Assembly: GCA_051531975.1 (NCBI GenBank)
Contig: JAOPTT010000011.1
Coordinates: 25,419-89,418 of the forward strand
From: Spirochaetaceae bacterium
Lineage (GTDB): Bacteria; Spirochaetota; Spirochaetia; DSM-2461
DNA: 64,000 bases
Direction: 5' to 3'
The notes below the pieces were generated by a model, which saw nothing but the letters and a program-made list of their open reading frames with translations, made no database searches and was not told the DNA's origin. This document shows, in pieces, positions 60,348-64,000 of this stretch (position 1 is the stretch's first letter; each line of letters opens with the position of its first letter). A program made the translations under genes and the position numbers.

Positions 60348-60656
60348 ATGCTCGAGAAAAGAAAATATCAAAGATTCCCTGTTATCTGCAAAGCTGAATG
60401 TACTAGTGCCGAAATGTTAGTTCTTAATATGAGCAGAGAAGGTATGAACATAGAAACTTCCTATTACTTTAAAAATAAAGATGATATTTCCTTTACTCTA
60501 ATATTTCCTAGCTTTGATATAATTAAAATTACAAGTGATATTATCTGGGAGAAAAAGGATGAAAACGATAAATTCAATTATGGTATTAAAATTAATAAAC
60601 TATCATCTGAACATGAAAAAGTATATCTATCATTTATAAATGAATTAGACATCTGA
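60348..60656 (+). CDS. PilZ domain protein
   Basis: RKYQR (RxxxR) and NMSREG (D/NxSxxG). Confidence 0.85.
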   Translation: MLEKRKYQRFPVICKAECTSAEMLVLNMSREGMNIETSYYFKNKDDISFTLIFPSFDIIKITSDIIWEKKDENDKFNYGIKINKLSSEHEKVYLSFINELDI

Positions 60657-60723
60657 TCATCAACTGTGGGAGTGTCCGAGAATCCAAGATTAAACATGAA
60701 CTAATAATTAATAGAGGTATCTT

Positions 60724-61245
60724 ATGAATAACATTAAATTAGTAACACCATCAATAAAGTTTAAAACACAAATATTAGATTATAAAAAAGAATTTGAAGA
60801 TAACAATGAAAGTATGGATGGAACTGCTAATCTAGCAAATTATAACAATATAGAAGACTGGCTTGATTCATTGAAAGATAACTCAAAAGAAGAAACAGTC
60901 AGAACTGGTTTGGTTCCAGCATCTACATATTTAGCATTAATAGAAGACGAAGACATAATTATTGGAATGATTGATATACGCCATAGATTAAATGATTTTC
61001 TATTTAATTTTGGAGGTCATATTGGATATAGTGTAAAAAAATCAGAACGATTGAAAGGTTATGCCAAAGAAATATTACATCATGGACTAAAAGAATGTAA
61101 AAAAATTAATATAGATAATGTTTTAATAACATGCGACAAAGAAAATATCGGTTCATTAAAAACAATAGTAAAAAATGGTGGAAAATTAGAAAATGAAGTA
61201 TCAGAAAATGGTAAAACAACTCAGAGATATTGGATAACAGTATAA
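60724..61245 (+). CDS. GNAT family acetyltransferase
   Basis: GMIDIRH.LN..L...GGHIGYSV..SER.KGYA, TCD..N.GS.K.I..NGG, RYWI. Confidence 0.9.
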   Translation: MNNIKLVTPSIKFKTQILDYKKEFEDNNESMDGTANLANYNNIEDWLDSLKDNSKEETVRTGLVPASTYLALIEDEDIIIGMIDIRHRLNDFLFNFGGHIGYSVKKSERLKGYAKEILHHGLKECKKINIDNVLITCDKENIGSLKTIVKNGGKLENEVSENGKTTQRYWITV

Positions 61246-61276
61246 ATAATATATTGGAAAATAGGAGAAGGTTCAT

Positions 61277-61990
61277 TTGAAAATATCAATAATTTCAGAC
61301 GTTCATGGAAATATACATGCTCTAGAGGCTATTTATAAAGATCTAAGGAAAGAATCTGTAGATTCTGTAGCATTTTTAGGAGACTTAGTAATGTCTGGTC
61401 CACATCCTGTTGAAGTCTACGACTTTATGGATAGTATTTCTCCAGACATTTGGATAAAAGGAAATTCTGATGATTGCTTTTTAGATATGGATAGCTTTAT
61501 ACCTAAAAATGACTCCCAACATATTTTAAAGTTGATGAGACTCTGGGCTATTGATAAATTTCCAACATTAAAAAGAGATAAACTTCTAAGCCAACCAATT
61601 ATGCAGGAAATTAATTATGGGAATTTCTTAGTAAATTATTGTCATGGTACACCAAATTCTTATTCATCAGCATTCATGCCAGATAGCGACATAAACTTTT
61701 TGAATAAAGAACTAGGAAATCAATCAGCACAAATAATCTTGTGTGGTCATTCTCATTTACGGTTTTCTATGTATTGGAATAACTTTATCATTAAAAATTT
61801 TGGTTCTGTGAGTCTTCCCAATAATGATTTATCAAGAACTGCAAAGTATGGAATTATGCATATTGATAAAACAGTAAGTTTTATTGATAAAGATATTGAA
61901 TATAATTTCACTGGTTACATTAATGATATGAAATCCTTAAAGTTTCCAGGTATACCAAATATATTTCCAAAATATGGGCTGAATGTATAA
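61277..61990 (+). CDS. Metallophosphoesterase
   Basis: SDVHGN, LGDLV, KGNSD, HGTP, GHSH, N.GSV. Confidence 0.9.
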   Translation: MKISIISDVHGNIHALEAIYKDLRKESVDSVAFLGDLVMSGPHPVEVYDFMDSISPDIWIKGNSDDCFLDMDSFIPKNDSQHILKLMRLWAIDKFPTLKRDKLLSQPIMQEINYGNFLVNYCHGTPNSYSSAFMPDSDINFLNKELGNQSAQIILCGHSHLRFSMYWNNFIIKNFGSVSLPNNDLSRTAKYGIMHIDKTVSFIDKDIEYNFTGYINDMKSLKFPGIPNIFPKYGLNV

Positions 61991-62198
61991 ACTCTGAAGA
62001 TTTACTTCCTCTCACAATGTATATTAATAAGACCTACAGGACTTAAATAAAGACCTAATGGAGTAAAAAAATCTGAAACAGAGTTAATCCGTATGTTTGC
62101 AGGATTATGATAAATAATAGTTTTTACGATAACCTTTTTCCACGATTGATCAAAGAAGTTCAACATATAGGTAATCTCACACGTTATGTGACTTACGA

Positions 62199-62639
62199 TT
62201 ATTTAATCTGTATAACACCCTTCATCTTTTTATGACCTGAACCACAAAAAATGTTGCAATTAAATTCATATGATCCTTGAAGAATTCCTTTAAAATCAAA
62301 AGATATTGATTCTCCAACAGTTAGATTTTTTGAACTCATTTTAAGTTTTGGAATTGCAACTCCATGATGACCGATTTTTGTAATAAAAGTTAACCTGTAG
62401 TTTTTATCTTTATCTAGAATGATTTTATCCATTGAGAAACTCCAGTTTTTCATTTCTATTACAATTTCTGAAAACTCATCATTTTCTTCAAATATAATAA
62501 ATTGTGACCTTTTATCTCTGTCATTATCATGGTCTTCTTCTCTATCTTCTTTATGGGATTCTTCTTTTTCCTCTTCATGGGAAATAATATAATTATTAAC
62601 CATTAATACTATAAAAATAAATAAAATAATTTTTTTCAT
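62199..62639 (-). CDS. Secreted cupredoxin (CuA / cytochrome c oxidase subunit II-like) protein
   Basis: GGAG RBS, signal peptide, HHG, CNIFCGSGHKKM. Confidence 0.8.
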   Translation of the reverse strand: MKKIILFIFIVLMVNNYIISHEEEKEESHKEDREEDHDNDRDKRSQFIIFEENDEFSEIVIEMKNWSFSMDKIILDKDKNYRLTFITKIGHHGVAIPKLKMSSKNLTVGESISFDFKGILQGSYEFNCNIFCGSGHKKMKGVIQIK

Positions 62640-62756
62640 AATAACTCCTCTGAAATTATTTTTCCATGTAATATTATTATGCTTCTTGAGGCAACTATAA
62701 TTGAATTAGCATAGTGTATAACTATAATTATAGTATGTCCCTAACTGTTTAGCTGT

Positions 62757-62900
62757 CTAAATAGGTCTAATATTTATTCTTTTTGCTCTAATATCTAAAT
62801 ATCCTGTTGGTTCATCTGTAAATACTATATTAATTTCGTTAGCAAGGGCTCTCACTATTCCAGCTCTTTGTTTTTGACCATTAGAGATATTCAAGAAGCA
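62757..62900 (-). pseudogene. Remnant of an ABC transporter ATP-binding gene
   Basis: Manual translation ISNGQKQRAGIVRALANEINIVFTDEPTGYLD: decayed LSGGQ signature, Walker B and D-loop, bounded by stops. Confidence 0.75.
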
Positions 62901-63154
62901 CTATCCAATTCTCGTTGAACCAAAACAATAGCCATTGGGATAAAATTTTCTAAAGATTATTCATCTATATTTAAATAGATTAAATTTGTTGTATGTAGAT
63001 ATATCTCAGAAAATAAGTCAAAGTAAAAAATATTATTCCATTTACAAAAAGTGTTAGATTCATTATTGGTAACAAAGTAAATTGAGAGAGTAATAACGCC
63101 ACTATGATGTTATTGTTATATGAAATTATCTTTAAATTTATATTAGGATAGAAA

Positions 63155-63520
63155 ATGAAAAATGAAGTTATAAACATTAAAGAGAAACTTAATTTATTCC
63201 AAGATCAATGGTCTCCAAAAATAGTAGCACAGATGAATGATTATCATTTCAAATTGGTAAAAATAAAAGGTCATTTTACATGGCATGATCATAAGGAAAC
63301 AGATGAAGTTTTTTTGGTAATTAATGGATCTATGAGAATTGACTTTAGAGAAAAAAGTGTTGAACTTAAGGCAGGTGAAATGTTTGTTGTCCCTAAGGGA
63401 ATTGAACATAAACCATATTCAGATAATGATTGTGATATATTAATTATTGAACCAGCTGAAACAATAAATACAGGAGATGTCGGAGGAGAACAAACAGCAC
63501 CCTCTAATACTTGGATTTAA
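63155..63520 (+). CDS. Cupin domain protein
   Basis: WSPKIV, G.F.WH.H..TDE.F, GE.FVVPKG.EH.P. Confidence 0.88.
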   Translation: MKNEVINIKEKLNLFQDQWSPKIVAQMNDYHFKLVKIKGHFTWHDHKETDEVFLVINGSMRIDFREKSVELKAGEMFVVPKGIEHKPYSDNDCDILIIEPAETINTGDVGGEQTAPSNTWI

Positions 63521-63741
63521 TATAGAAAATCATGTGACACAGCCAAAACGTATCTCTTCCCTCAGTCTTGGATCAAATTGTTAATGAATTAATTATAAGT
63601 TTTAATAAAAAATTGAACCTTAAGTTTGAATGATATGGTGTAATTAAAATATTTACTTGAGAAAATAATATTATTCATCTAATCTTTATTTAAACAGGGT
63701 AACTCTAGTAATAATTGAAGAGAACCCATGAAAGGAATTAT

Positions 63742-64000
63742 ATGTATAAATTTAAAAAAGAAAAAATATTATTAGTATGTGGAATATCTGCCTGGCTTGT
63801 TTATCTGTTAAATCTTATTTTGTCCGCAGCCTTAAATCCAGATTACAGCCATTTAAGTAACTTAGTCAGTGACTTAGGTAGAGTTGAAAACACATATAGT
63901 GGATTATTTAATGTTGGCTTTTTCCTATTTGCTACTTTGTATCTATTCTCAGCACTTGGTTTTTATTATTCAATCAAGAGGATCACAGGGAAAAAAATAA
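63742..64000 (+). CDS. DUF998 family membrane protein, truncated by the window edge
   Basis: Not in the ORF track. ATG 63742 after AAAGGA gives MYKFKKEKILLVCGISAW...PDYSHLSNLVSDLGR...FNVGF, open to the end. Confidence 0.65.
   Translation, partial: MYKFKKEKILLVCGISAWLVYLLNLILSAALNPDYSHLSNLVSDLGRVENTYSGLFNVGFFLFATLYLFSALGFYYSIKRITGKKI

Noticed and set aside
63533..63546. GTGACACAGCC resembling an IS terminal repeat (also GAGTGTCCGAGAA near 60670)
   Set aside because: No partner repeat, target duplication or transposase
1..64000. CRISPR array, tRNA/rRNA, prophage or known anti-phage defence system
   Set aside because: Intergenic gaps are short and non-repetitive, and no diagnostic genes were recognised by eye. 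Infernal and DefenseFinder scans would be needed to exclude these formally.

Overview
AT-rich bacterial chromosomal segment, most likely from a free-living anaerobic spirochaete. This is inferred from signal peptides such as 'LFANGAGEE' and 'FIFAGKNSE', many lipoproteins and orphan solute-binding proteins; it was not database-checked. The main element is a ~19.5 kb minus-strand anaerobic purine/urate catabolism cluster (5623-25070): mocA, ygfK, ssnA, ygeY, two fold-type-II PLP enzymes, 8-oxoguanine deaminase-like, ygfM, xdhD, a collapsed yqeB, carbamate kinase, ygeW, an NTPase remnant, hydantoinase and adenine/adenosine deaminase. It differs from the E. coli-type cluster in two ways: it has no recognisable ygeX/dpaL, and the selenium-cofactor maturation gene yqeB is shrunk by in-frame deletions. 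Left of it are a ROK-regulated tripartite tricarboxylate transporter, an HD-GYP response regulator and a SUFU-like/TPR protein. Right of it are kinases, two SDRs, an Opp-type permease pair with an M1 peptidase lipoprotein, a DOMON pair, pepT, a YesMN-controlled sugar ABC operon ending in a YhfX-type PLP enzyme, PadR-DUF1700-DUF4097, TetR-EFR1 ferredoxin and many small accessory genes, including several decayed pseudogenes. No rRNA, tRNA, CRISPR array, transposase or prophage was seen.
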